From: Candidatus Kapaibacterium sp. | GTDB taxonomy: Bacteria; Bacteroidota; Ignavibacteria; Kapaibacteriales; UBA4661 | Assembly: GCA_025055035.1 (NCBI GenBank) | Contig: JANWZB010000006.1 | Span: 1-51,083, forward strand | Length of the DNA: 51,083 nt | Direction: 5' to 3' | Shown: positions 1 to 8,861 of the stretch, piece after piece | Layout: each line of letters opens with the position of its first letter | How positions within the stretch are numbered: position 1 is the first letter of the stretch | Made by a program: the position numbers and the translations under genes | The notes under the pieces: model-generated | Database searches by the model: none | What the model was told of the DNA's origin: nothing | Seen by the model: only the letters and a program-made list of their open reading frames with translations

Positions 1-2
1 CA

Positions 3-1046
3 GATAGTGCAGCAAATGGTGGATTTACGGGGGTATGCTGTATGCCAAATACGATACCTGCAGTGGACAATGCACCAACGCTTGAATACGTCTTGAATCG
101 CGGAAAATCAACACTCACAGAAGTATATGCTTGTGCGGCAATTACAAAAGGGCGCGAGGGGAAAGAGCTAACACCAATGCTGGAGCTACTTGAGCATGGC
201 GCTGTCATGTTTTCCGATGATGGTTCGTGCGTCATGAATGCTGAAGTGATGAATAGAGCATTTAAGTATCTTCAGCCTGTGGATGGCTTAATTTCCCAGC
301 ACTGCGAGGAACATACGCTCACAGAAGGCTTTGCTATGCACGAAGGGGAAGTTTCAGCTATTCTTGGATTGAAAGGGTACCCGAGTATTGCCGAAGAAAT
401 TATTGTCGCACGTGACATTATGCTAGCAGCTCACAATGGAAATTGCCGATATCATGTGTCTCATTTGAGTACGGCAGGGAGTATTGACCTTGTGCGTCAA
501 GCAAAACTGCGCGGGCAGCGCGTTACATGCGAGGTAACGCCACATCACTTTACGCTGACTGACGAAGCTGTTCGGCACTACGACACAAATGCAAAGATGA
601 ATCCACCTTTGCGAACAAAACTCGATATCGAGGCTATCATTGCAGCCATTAAAGATGGCACTGTGGATGCAATCGCCACCGACCATGCACCTCATGCTGT
701 TCATGAGAAAGAACTTGAGTTTGCTCTTGCTGCAAACGGTATTACAGGCTTGGAGACATCCTTCGGTCTTGCAATGACGTACTTAGTCCATGCTGGACAT
801 ATTGATATGATGCGTCTTGTTGAGCTTATGTCCACAAAGCCTCGTGAAATCTTGGGAATTCCTCAGGTATCATTAATCGAGGGTGCACAAGCAAATCTGA
901 CTATTGCTCATTTGCATGAAGAGTGGGTGTTCGATGCCAAGAAATCGCGGTCAAAGTCGAAGAATACTCCTTTTCATGGCTTTGTGCTAAAAGGTAAGCC
1001 AAAGTTTACTATTAACAGGGGACAGATATGGAAGTGCGAACTGTAA
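3..1046 (+). CDS. pyrC: Dihydroorotase (type I); 5' end lies outside the window
   Basis: Frame is open from base 3 (DSAANGGFTGVCCMPNT). Motifs FSDDG, QHCEE, HVSHLS, CEVTPHH, KMNPPLR, IATDHAPH, SKSKNTPF. Confidence 0.93.
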   Translation, partial: DSAANGGFTGVCCMPNTIPAVDNAPTLEYVLNRGKSTLTEVYACAAITKGREGKELTPMLELLEHGAVMFSDDGSCVMNAEVMNRAFKYLQPVDGLISQHCEEHTLTEGFAMHEGEVSAILGLKGYPSIAEEIIVARDIMLAAHNGNCRYHVSHLSTAGSIDLVRQAKLRGQRVTCEVTPHHFTLTDEAVRHYDTNAKMNPPLRTKLDIEAIIAAIKDGTVDAIATDHAPHAVHEKELEFALAANGITGLETSFGLAMTYLVHAGHIDMMRLVELMSTKPREILGIPQVSLIEGAQANLTIAHLHEEWVFDAKKSRSKSKNTPFHGFVLKGKPKFTINRGQIWKCEL

Positions 1047-1197
1047 AGGAAACTTTAGTTACTATGTAGTAGGCTGTGTATGAGCGTAGAAACTTGACCG
1101 TGAACGTATTATGAAATCGTTACTATGTAGGAAAACTACAAACAGGCATATTGCGAATCTCTAGCAATCAATGATATACTCACTATCGAGGTAGCGT

Positions 1198-1911
1198 ATG
1201 AACGTGTACTATTGGCATGTGCTCTGCTGTATTGCTATATCAACTGCTTCAATGCTGAAGAGCGCGACAGACGTTTCCATATATGAGCCTGTTCGGGCAT
1301 ATATTCATAAGATTCAACAGGAACATATCAAAATTACTGAGGAGCGCAAGCAGCGCCTTGACAAAGTTATAGCGTTTATTCAAGCAAAGCTTGATAACAA
1401 TGAACCTGCACATCTGATGTTTGTTTGTACGCATAATTCTCGCCGTAGCCACTTATCGCAGATTTGGGCGCAAACATTGGCAGCATATTACGGGCTAGAT
1501 GGTGTGCGAGCATATTCGGCAGGAACAGAAGTAACAGCATTTAATGAGCGTGCTGTCAGAGCACTCCAAAGAGCAGGTTTTGCTATACGCAAATTGTCGG
1601 AGCAAACAAATCCGATATACACAGTACAATATGCACACAATGCACTCCCAATACATGTATTTTCAAAACTAGTCAGCGATACAACAAATCCGAGTAAGGG
1701 CTTTTGTGCTATTATGAATTGTTCTCAGGCAGAGCAAGCCTGTCCGGTCGTTCCCGGAGCTGTTATGCGTGTATCACTACCGTACGACGACCCCAAAGAA
1801 TTTGACGGAATGCCTCAAGAAGAGAAACAGTACGATGAATGTTGCCGCCAGATAGCACGAGAGCTTATCTATGTCTTCTCACAAGTTCGTTCGCCAAAAG
1901 AGCGAAAGTAA
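1198..1911 (+). CDS. Low-molecular-weight protein-tyrosine phosphatase / arsenate reductase (ArsC-like)
   Basis: P-loop FVCTHNSRRS, SAGTE, downstream Cys pair (MNCSQAEQACP) and YDDPK. GAGGT at 1188-1192 precedes ATG 1198. Confidence 0.8.
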   Translation: MNVYYWHVLCCIAISTASMLKSATDVSIYEPVRAYIHKIQQEHIKITEERKQRLDKVIAFIQAKLDNNEPAHLMFVCTHNSRRSHLSQIWAQTLAAYYGLDGVRAYSAGTEVTAFNERAVRALQRAGFAIRKLSEQTNPIYTVQYAHNALPIHVFSKLVSDTTNPSKGFCAIMNCSQAEQACPVVPGAVMRVSLPYDDPKEFDGMPQEEKQYDECCRQIARELIYVFSQVRSPKERK

Positions 1912-1919
1912 GGCGATAA

Positions 1920-2717
1920 CTAATGCTGGAGCTGTGCAACAACGATACAACGAGGAGCATCAGGACTGAGAGGATTACCTGTATAGTCCCCAAATATAGT
2001 ATGAATTGTAAAACCATGTGCTGTGAGAAGGTGCTGTAGGTCTTCAGGCTCATAGAGGCGAACCCGTTCAACAAATGTTTGCGATGAGCTATGAGGCAAA
2101 TTGGTATCGGAAGTCTTACCTAGAACGCTATACGTATTGCTGCATGTGTGGTACTGTACGGTGATGTGCTTTACAACAAAGCCTTGCTCGATACTGCGCT
2201 TCTGGGTAATAGTGAAATCGTCGAATACTAGTATGTCAGCTGGAACAAGATGAGAACGCACATACTTGGCGTTAAAGAAGTCAAGAAAAAAGTATCCACT
2301 TGGATTCAGTGCCTCGCAAATGCGCCGTATGACGGTTGTATCGTCTGAAGGGTTATCAAAGTAGCCAAAGCTTGTAAAGAAATTGGCAATGCAATCATAT
2401 GATCCTTCCGGATACGGAGACCGCATGTCACCTTGGTATAGACGTACTGGTAAACCTGCCAGCTCTTGCCGTGCTAGATTGAGGAGGTTCTTGGATAAGT
2501 CAAGTCCTACAACATCAAATCCTGCATCATACAGGGCTTTAGTGTGTCTACCCGATCCGCAGCATAAATCAAGTATCCGTGCACCGCGCGGCAACGATAT
2601 GCTGCGAAGGAGAAGTTCTACTACTTGCACTGCTTCCTTATCGGAGCGATGGCTGTATAGGGAAAGATAGAGAGGGTGATCGAACCATTCGGCGAACCAC
2701 GACGAAGGAACAAGCAT
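1920..2717 (-). CDS. Class I SAM-dependent methyltransferase
   Basis: ILDLCCGSGRH, GLDLS, GDMR, FTSFGYF. Start placed at ATG 2717 (ORF track extends to 2771). Confidence 0.85.
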   Translation of the reverse strand: MLVPSSWFAEWFDHPLYLSLYSHRSDKEAVQVVELLLRSISLPRGARILDLCCGSGRHTKALYDAGFDVVGLDLSKNLLNLARQELAGLPVRLYQGDMRSPYPEGSYDCIANFFTSFGYFDNPSDDTTVIRRICEALNPSGYFFLDFFNAKYVRSHLVPADILVFDDFTITQKRSIEQGFVVKHITVQYHTCSNTYSVLGKTSDTNLPHSSSQTFVERVRLYEPEDLQHLLTAHGFTIHTIFGDYTGNPLSPDAPRCIVVAQLQH

Positions 2718-2777
2718 ATAGGGCAGCCAGTAGCAAAGATAGCACGATAGTGAAAGTGTGTGGTATATCATATCAGT

Positions 2778-3377
2778 CTAGGCTTCTACACGTCCTTGAA
2801 GTGCACGCGAAATGGTAGCTTCATCGGCGAATTCTAAGTCGCTACCCATAGGAATGCCTCGGGCAAGCCGCGAGATTCTTATGCCTAGTGGTTTAAGAAG
2901 TTTCACAAGGTACTGGGTTGTAACTTCGCCCTCGACATTAGGATTCAGTGCAAGGATAACTTCCTGTACGGTATCGTTACCCAAGCGGTGAAGTAATTCT
3001 TTGATTTTTAGGTCGTTTGGGCTAATTCCTTCGAGTGGGTTAAGTGCTCCGTGCAAGACATGGTACATGCCGTCATACTCATGCGTGCGTTCGATAGCGA
3101 ACAGGTCGCTGGGTTCTTCCACAACACAAATAGTAGTGTGGTTGCGCTTAGGAGAGGTACATATTGCACACGGGTCGGCTTCGGTAAGATTACAGCATTG
3201 TGAGCAATAGCGCACCTTCTCTTTCATTGCAAGAAGAGCGTACGCAAGGCGCTCGACATCTGCCTTTGGTTGGCGCAGAAGATATAGCGTAAGGCGCTGT
3301 GCTGTTTTGCGTCCAATTGTCGGAAGGGAAGAGAGAGACTCAATAACTGACTCAACAGCTTCTGATGTGTATATCAT
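2778..3377 (-). CDS. recR: Recombination mediator RecR
   Basis: HhH LPTIGRKTAQRL, C4 zinc finger, Toprim CVVEE/YHVLHG, EVILALNPNVEGE, GIPMGSDLEFAD. Confidence 0.97.
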   Translation of the reverse strand: MIYTSEAVESVIESLSSLPTIGRKTAQRLTLYLLRQPKADVERLAYALLAMKEKVRYCSQCCNLTEADPCAICTSPKRNHTTICVVEEPSDLFAIERTHEYDGMYHVLHGALNPLEGISPNDLKIKELLHRLGNDTVQEVILALNPNVEGEVTTQYLVKLLKPLGIRISRLARGIPMGSDLEFADEATISRALQGRVEA

Positions 3378-3478
3378 GTGGTGGAGAAGTCATACCTCTG
3401 TGGAACATCTGCATGCTGGGTGTTGGCTTGGTAGGTATGTACCATACTAAACAATCGAGTAAACTCCGAGCTTTTCTA

Positions 3479-3823
3479 TCACTTCAGAAAATCTAGCCCA
3501 GGAATGTGTGGCAGAAGCCCGCTTACCTTTTTAAGTTCTTGTTCATTCATCGCTCTGGCACTATCTATAGCCTTATTGACAGCAGCGACAACTAAATCTT
3601 GTACCATTCCTACATCTTCGGGGGTAAGGATGCTAGGATCAATCTTCACGGAAAGAAGGTCGAGAGCGCCGTTCATAACAACACTAACCATTCCAGCGCC
3701 GGCTTCGGCGGTAACGGTCTTGCGAGCAAGCTCGTCTTGTGCACGTGCAACATCTTCTTGTAGCTTCTTCATTTGCTCCATGATGCTGCTAATGTTCAAA
3801 TTGCCAAAATTGGGAAAATTCAT
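3479..3823 (-). CDS. ybaB: YbaB/EbfC nucleoid-associated protein
   Basis: AGAGMVSVVMNG...IDP...QDLVVAAVNKA. Immediately upstream of recR. AGGTGA precedes ATG 3823. Confidence 0.93.
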   Translation of the reverse strand: MNFPNFGNLNISSIMEQMKKLQEDVARAQDELARKTVTAEAGAGMVSVVMNGALDLLSVKIDPSILTPEDVGMVQDLVVAAVNKAIDSARAMNEQELKKVSGLLPHIPGLDFLK

Positions 3824-3918
3824 AGTATCACCTGTAAGAAAAGTATTAAGCTGGAAACCGAGGTACGAAAATACACAATTCTTCACAATTTTTTCTCGTT
3901 CCACGCGTTTTTCTATTG

Positions 3919-3926
3919 TATTTTTG
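3919..3926 (+). promoter_or_regulatory. Possible Bacteroidota-type -7 element (TATTTTTG) for pspA
   Basis: Matches TAnnTTTG in the divergent ybaB/pspA gap. No clear -33 TTTG. Confidence 0.35.
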
Positions 3927-4063
3927 TGAGCAATATAGCAATAACAACCAAATAACGCCTTGCTGTTAGGAAGATGACGATGCTTCCGTCCTCAGAGCAA
4001 AAACTCTCGTGCACCGACATCAACCCACTATCACTATCAACCTGATATTATGGAGGTTATATC

Positions 4064-4822
4064 ATGGGAATTTTTAGCCGTATATCAGACATATTCAAAG
4101 CGAATGTGAATGATGCGCTTGATAAAGCCGAAGACCCAGAAAAAATGCTCAAGCAGATGGTGATTGAAATGGAGGAATCGGTAAATAAAGCCACACTTGC
4201 TGTTGGAAATGCGATTGCGAACGAAAAAACGCTTGAGCGCAAGCTGCTGAAGGCTCGTGAAGAAGCCAATAACTGGCATCAAAAAGCGATACAAGCGGTC
4301 AATGCTGGGCGTGATGATTTGGCAAAAGCTGCACTTGAGAAAAAAGCGTTGTACGAACGCAATGCAAAAGATCTAGAGCCAACATACCAACAGGCAAAAG
4401 AAACGTCGATGAAAATGCGAGCACAACTTGATGCGCTCAAGGCAAAACTCGACGAGGCACGAACCCGCCAAAATACATTAATTGCTCGCTCGCAAGCGGC
4501 AAAAGCGCAAAAACAAATTGCCCAAGCCTTCAGCGGTGTAGGCTCGGATGCGTTTAGTAAGTTTGAGAAATTTGAATCCAAAGTTGAGCAATTGGAGTCA
4601 CAAGCAGAAGCCTTTGGTCAACTTGCTGGTGAGCAAACTGCACTCGAAGACCAATTTAAGCAGCTAGAACGGGCAAATACTGATGCCGAACTCCTTGCTC
4701 TCAAGGCGAGTCTTGGGAAATTACCCCCAGCATCAGGTGATACAACTTCTACGTCGGCATCCGATGATCCAGCAGTGCTAGAGCTTAAACGTCAGATGGG
4801 TCAGGTACCCCCGCAACCGTGA
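4064..4822 (+). CDS. pspA: PspA/IM30 (Vipp1, ESCRT-III-like) family protein
   Basis: MGIFSRISDIFKANVNDALDKAEDPEKML, AGRDDLAKAAL, FEKFESKVEQLE, ELLALK. GGAGG at 4052-4056. Confidence 0.93.
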   Translation: MGIFSRISDIFKANVNDALDKAEDPEKMLKQMVIEMEESVNKATLAVGNAIANEKTLERKLLKAREEANNWHQKAIQAVNAGRDDLAKAALEKKALYERNAKDLEPTYQQAKETSMKMRAQLDALKAKLDEARTRQNTLIARSQAAKAQKQIAQAFSGVGSDAFSKFEKFESKVEQLESQAEAFGQLAGEQTALEDQFKQLERANTDAELLALKASLGKLPPASGDTTSTSASDDPAVLELKRQMGQVPPQP

Positions 4823-4956
4823 GCTTGCAAAGTGAATACACCATAAGTGTATTCCGTCGCACTGGACTGTGCACGTATGCCTTGTGCGCAAGGAAAGCAT
4901 CTAGTAATAACGACTTCATAACTCATGAACTGTATCTTCGTTAATTGTAGGATATC

Positions 4957-5448
4957 ATGGCAACACAAGACTTTCTCACGAAATCGCATGGCGACGCAAC
5001 GCCTGAAGAGCTTTTAAAGGCAACTGCTGTAAAAGTTGAAGAAATGCTCAAAGAAATTTATCCTGATTATACATCATTCGGCGATGGCTCTTTTACTATT
5101 ACTCAAGGGTCGAGCGTTGTGAGCATTATTGTCCGTCCTTTTACAGCAACCGAAACATGTGTTGAATGTACAGCGAACGTTGTCTATGGTGCAGAAATTT
5201 CCCCAGCAATTATGAAGTTTCTCTTGAGAAAGAATGCAGAACTCCATTTTGGTGGGTTTGGGCTTCTCTTTGATGGCACAATTACGTTTTCTTATTCTTT
5301 ACCGGGTATGCACCTCGATAAAGAGGAATTTCATACAGCGGTGCAGGCTGTTGCTATTATCTCGGACTACTATGATGATGAAATCGTTGTCGCTGCAGGT
5401 GGCAAGCGTGCTGTAGACATGAATATTGTGGATTTGGAAGCAAGCTAA
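4957..5448 (+). CDS. YbjN-like / T3SS-chaperone-fold protein
   Basis: 163-aa acidic protein with GSSVVSI, FLLRKNAELHFGGFGL, VAIISDYYDDEI...GGKR pattern typical of YbjN-domain proteins. Confidence 0.65.
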   Translation: MATQDFLTKSHGDATPEELLKATAVKVEEMLKEIYPDYTSFGDGSFTITQGSSVVSIIVRPFTATETCVECTANVVYGAEISPAIMKFLLRKNAELHFGGFGLLFDGTITFSYSLPGMHLDKEEFHTAVQAVAIISDYYDDEIVVAAGGKRAVDMNIVDLEAS

Positions 5449-5605
5449 TGCTGATCTGCTCTAGCGGTAATAGTATCTTATCTCTCACACACCACACTCA
5501 GATATAAGACTGTGAGCAGTGAGGCTGCTGACAGTTTTTTGTTTATATGCCCCGCATACTGAATGCTCTGTGCTGTTTTCGTTTCAATTATCCTACGAGC
5601 TTGGG

Positions 5606-6502
5606 CTATTCGACGTTGTCATGTTCAGGTGTGTGAGCATTTTCGAGGTGGCTAGTAACGTCAGCAGACTGGGGGAGTGCTTGCGCAACGACACGCTCGG
5701 CACGTGTAGCGAGCGTGTGGGCTTCCTCGATAAGCACGCCGTTAGGAAATTGAAGGTGAAAATCAATGTAGATTCGCGAGCCACTTTCGCGCAAGCGAAA
5801 GCGGTGAAAACTCAAGTTTTCTTCTGAACAGAATGTTCTAAGCGCTTGCGTAGCAAGTGCTTCGAGTTCTGGATTGCTTGCGTCCATAAGACCGTCAGCT
5901 GCACGTCGTGTAATAACAAAGCCTTCGCGCATAATATATACAGCGAAGGCAATAGCGATGAGGGGATCGAGTATATTCCAACCTGTCCACCATGCCATAC
6001 CTAGACCTAATGCCGCTCCTACGCTTGTCCATACATCGCTTAATACGTGCTTCCCATTCGCAATCAGGATAACCGAGCGCTTTGTTGTGCCTGTTCGAAC
6101 AAGGTATATGCCCAGTATGGCATTGAGGGATGCTGCTGCAAGCAGCAGCAGCATCCCTTGGTCAATATCGTGTAAGCGGAGACCTCCAATCCACTGCTGA
6201 ATGGCTTCATAAATGATGATACATCCTGCACCCATAACAAGAACACCCTCAATCCCTGATGAGAAATATGCCATTTTATCATGGCCGAAATGATGCGTAT
6301 TGTCGGGAGGGCGATATATGACGTGGAGGCTGTATGCAGAAAATGCTACTGCTGCAACGTGAACAATCGTTTCTATGGCATCGGAAAATGCAGCAGCTGA
6401 ATCGGTAATGTAGTATGCCGACCACTTGAACACTAGCATAACAATGCCAGCTGTGAGCGAAAGATGAATAGCGATTCTCTCATCGCGGGGTGCTGTACGC
6501 AT
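5606..6502 (-). CDS. Cation diffusion facilitator (FieF-like) transporter
   Basis: Six TM segments, PPDNTHHFGHDK, HVLSDVWTS, LDPLIA, GLMD, C-terminal EAH...HLE. Confidence 0.9.
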   Translation of the reverse strand: MRTAPRDERIAIHLSLTAGIVMLVFKWSAYYITDSAAAFSDAIETIVHVAAVAFSAYSLHVIYRPPDNTHHFGHDKMAYFSSGIEGVLVMGAGCIIIYEAIQQWIGGLRLHDIDQGMLLLLAAASLNAILGIYLVRTGTTKRSVILIANGKHVLSDVWTSVGAALGLGMAWWTGWNILDPLIAIAFAVYIMREGFVITRRAADGLMDASNPELEALATQALRTFCSEENLSFHRFRLRESGSRIYIDFHLQFPNGVLIEEAHTLATRAERVVAQALPQSADVTSHLENAHTPEHDNVE

Positions 6503-6596
6503 GGAAGCTCAGGATACAACAAGTTTGAAACTTTGAGAGAAGACGCAAGAAATATACAAAATCTCTTCATAACATTGCCGAAAAAAGGGATCTCTG

Positions 6597-6628
6597 CTTG
6601 AATCTGCAAGAAAATTCTTCTATCTTTG
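6597..6628 (+). promoter_or_regulatory. Bacteroidota-type housekeeping promoter (-33 CTTG, -7 TATCTTTG)
   Basis: CTTG(6597-6600)-N20-TATCTTTG(6621-6628) just upstream of the GH1 gene. Confidence 0.6.
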
Positions 6629-6664
6629 CGCTTGAATTTTTGAGTACCTGTGCTTTGTGTGTCT

Positions 6665-8023
6665 ATGCCATTTCTGCAATTTCCTGCTACGTTCCATTTT
6701 GGAGCATCCTCGTCTGCTCACCAAGTAGAAGGTAATAACTATCACAATCAATGGTGGCGCTTCGAACAAGAATCAGGGAGAATTAAAAATGGGCATGTTT
6801 CAGGGCGTGCTTCCGACCACTACTATCGATATCGCGAGGATTTTGCAGATCTATATTCGATGAATCATACAGCACACCGCTTGTCGCTTGAGTGGAGTAG
6901 ATTCTTCCCAGAATCGCCAAGTAAGCTCAACATGGAAGCTGTACGCCATTACCATGATGTTCTGGATACACTGATACGACTCAATATTGAGCCATTCGTA
7001 ACAATCTTTCATTTCACGATACCGTGCTGGTTTGCTGATATTGGTGGTTTTGAAAAAGAAGAAAATATTCGCTATTATCTTGACTTTGTGCGCTTTTTAG
7101 CACAAGAATACGGTAATAAAGTGCATTTTTGGTGTACGATTAACGAACCAAATATTTATGCCTCATTTGCTTATCTAATAGGTGAGTATCCACCAGCGTA
7201 CAGAAATCTGAGACTAACACTCAAGGTGCTCGCAAACCTTCTGAAAGCGCATGGCAAAGCATATCGGATTTTGAAGCAAGAGCGTCCGATGTCGCAAGTA
7301 GGGATTGTTGTGCATTTGCCAGTATTTGCACCTCTGCGCAAGGGAAGTATAGGCGATAAAATAGCTGCCCGTCTTGCAGATTGGGTGTTTAATGAAGTTA
7401 TTCTCGAAGCGCTCAAGACTGGCACAATTCACTTTCCTGCAGGGTTCTTTGAACACCATGAATTTCTCAAGGACTCCAATGACTTTATAGGTCTGAATTA
7501 CTACGTGCGCATGTTTACTTCACCACGTCATGCTGTTGCAACACTTCTGAACATGCTACGTGCGGATTTAGGTATTTTTCAGCGCACGGGTGTAGAGCGG
7601 CTTACGCAATCGGGGTGGACTGTATATCCCAAAGGTCTCTACAAATGCCTGAAGCGTCTGCACAAGAAGCTTGGCTTACCAATCTATGTGACGGAAAATG
7701 GTATCGCAACTGATGACGATGAATGGCGCAAGGTTTTTATCCGTAAGCATCTTCGTCAAGTGCACAAAGCTTTGTCGAAAGGTATAGATATTCGAGGCTA
7801 TTTTTACTGGTCGAATCTTGATAATTTTGAATGGTCGTTCGGCTTTGAACCGCGCTTCGGCTTAGTACATGTAGATTACGACAACGATTGTCGGCGCACC
7901 ATTCGCGGAAGTGCATGGTACTACGCTGAAATTATCCGGCAGCGAGGATTTTGGCAATATAGTGAGCGCGAGGAGTCAGTCGGGAGTGTGGAAGCGCAAG
8001 ATGCAGCAACGGAAAGAAAATGA
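6665..8023 (+). CDS. Glycoside hydrolase family 1 (beta-glucosidase/galactosidase)
   Basis: SAHQVEG, EWSR, acid/base TINEP, GLNYY, nucleophile VTENG, DNFEW. Confidence 0.93.
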   Translation: MPFLQFPATFHFGASSSAHQVEGNNYHNQWWRFEQESGRIKNGHVSGRASDHYYRYREDFADLYSMNHTAHRLSLEWSRFFPESPSKLNMEAVRHYHDVLDTLIRLNIEPFVTIFHFTIPCWFADIGGFEKEENIRYYLDFVRFLAQEYGNKVHFWCTINEPNIYASFAYLIGEYPPAYRNLRLTLKVLANLLKAHGKAYRILKQERPMSQVGIVVHLPVFAPLRKGSIGDKIAARLADWVFNEVILEALKTGTIHFPAGFFEHHEFLKDSNDFIGLNYYVRMFTSPRHAVATLLNMLRADLGIFQRTGVERLTQSGWTVYPKGLYKCLKRLHKKLGLPIYVTENGIATDDDEWRKVFIRKHLRQVHKALSKGIDIRGYFYWSNLDNFEWSFGFEPRFGLVHVDYDNDCRRTIRGSAWYYAEIIRQRGFWQYSEREESVGSVEAQDAATERK

Positions 8024-8092
8024 AAGGAAACATTATGCTAAATACTGTTGTCGTTGTAAATTGTGCCAACACACAACCCACATTCATAGTTT

Positions 8093-8749
8093 ATGCGTTC
8101 GCCTTTATCGCATCGTTCTGTAATCGTGGAACACCGAGATTCAGACAAGGAGCGGCGTTATCAACAATCTCGCAATGATGATGCCGAGCTTATTCGCCGT
8201 GCTGCACAAGGCGAACAATCTGCGTTCAAGCTGCTAGAGAAAAAGTATCGTGCCTCTATTACAAGCTTAATTCGCCGCATGATGGCAAGCCATCCAAATG
8301 ATGTCGATGACCTCGTGCAGGAAACCTTCATTAAAGCTTTCCAAGCGTTGAAAAACTTCAATAACGAATATGCCTTCTCTACATGGCTGTACAAAATTGC
8401 TTCAAATCATTGTATTGATTTTCTCCGGAAAAAGCGCCTCAAGACGTTCTCAATTGATCAGCCTATCGAAACGAAAGAAGGAACAATCGAGTATGAAATT
8501 TACGACGATTCAACACGTCCGGATAGCGAACTTCATAGTCGGGAGCGCACGGCACTGATTCGGCAGGCTATCGACGAGCTTCCTGAAAAATATCGCGTAG
8601 TGATTCAGATGCGCCACGAAGAAGATATGGATTACCAAGAAATTGCAAACCGTCTTGGTATTCCGCTCGGCACAGTTAAAGCCCACTTATTCCGAGCCCG
8701 AGCAATGCTGTACAAAAAGCTCAGGAAAAATATCCCAAGCTTTTACTAG
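8093..8749 (+). CDS. ECF sigma-70 factor (SigW/RpoE-like)
   Basis: DDLVQETFIKAF, FSTWLYKIASNHCIDFLRK, LPEKYR, YQEIA...GTVKAHLFRAR. Confidence 0.93.
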   Translation: MRSPLSHRSVIVEHRDSDKERRYQQSRNDDAELIRRAAQGEQSAFKLLEKKYRASITSLIRRMMASHPNDVDDLVQETFIKAFQALKNFNNEYAFSTWLYKIASNHCIDFLRKKRLKTFSIDQPIETKEGTIEYEIYDDSTRPDSELHSRERTALIRQAIDELPEKYRVVIQMRHEEDMDYQEIANRLGIPLGTVKAHLFRARAMLYKKLRKNIPSFY

Positions 8750-8861
8750 GAAAACTAGTGTAATACAAATAGCCACCACTATGCTTGAAATCTAGATGAT
8801 GAAACGCAAGTTTCGAACGCTGTACAACACCGTGTGTTCATTAACTGTATTCCCACAAATT

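Noticed and set aside
3378-3478. Possible SRP RNA or other ncRNA between ybaB and recR (CATACCT/AGGTATG inverted repeat)
   Set aside because: No SRP helix-8 motif; only a 7-bp stem.
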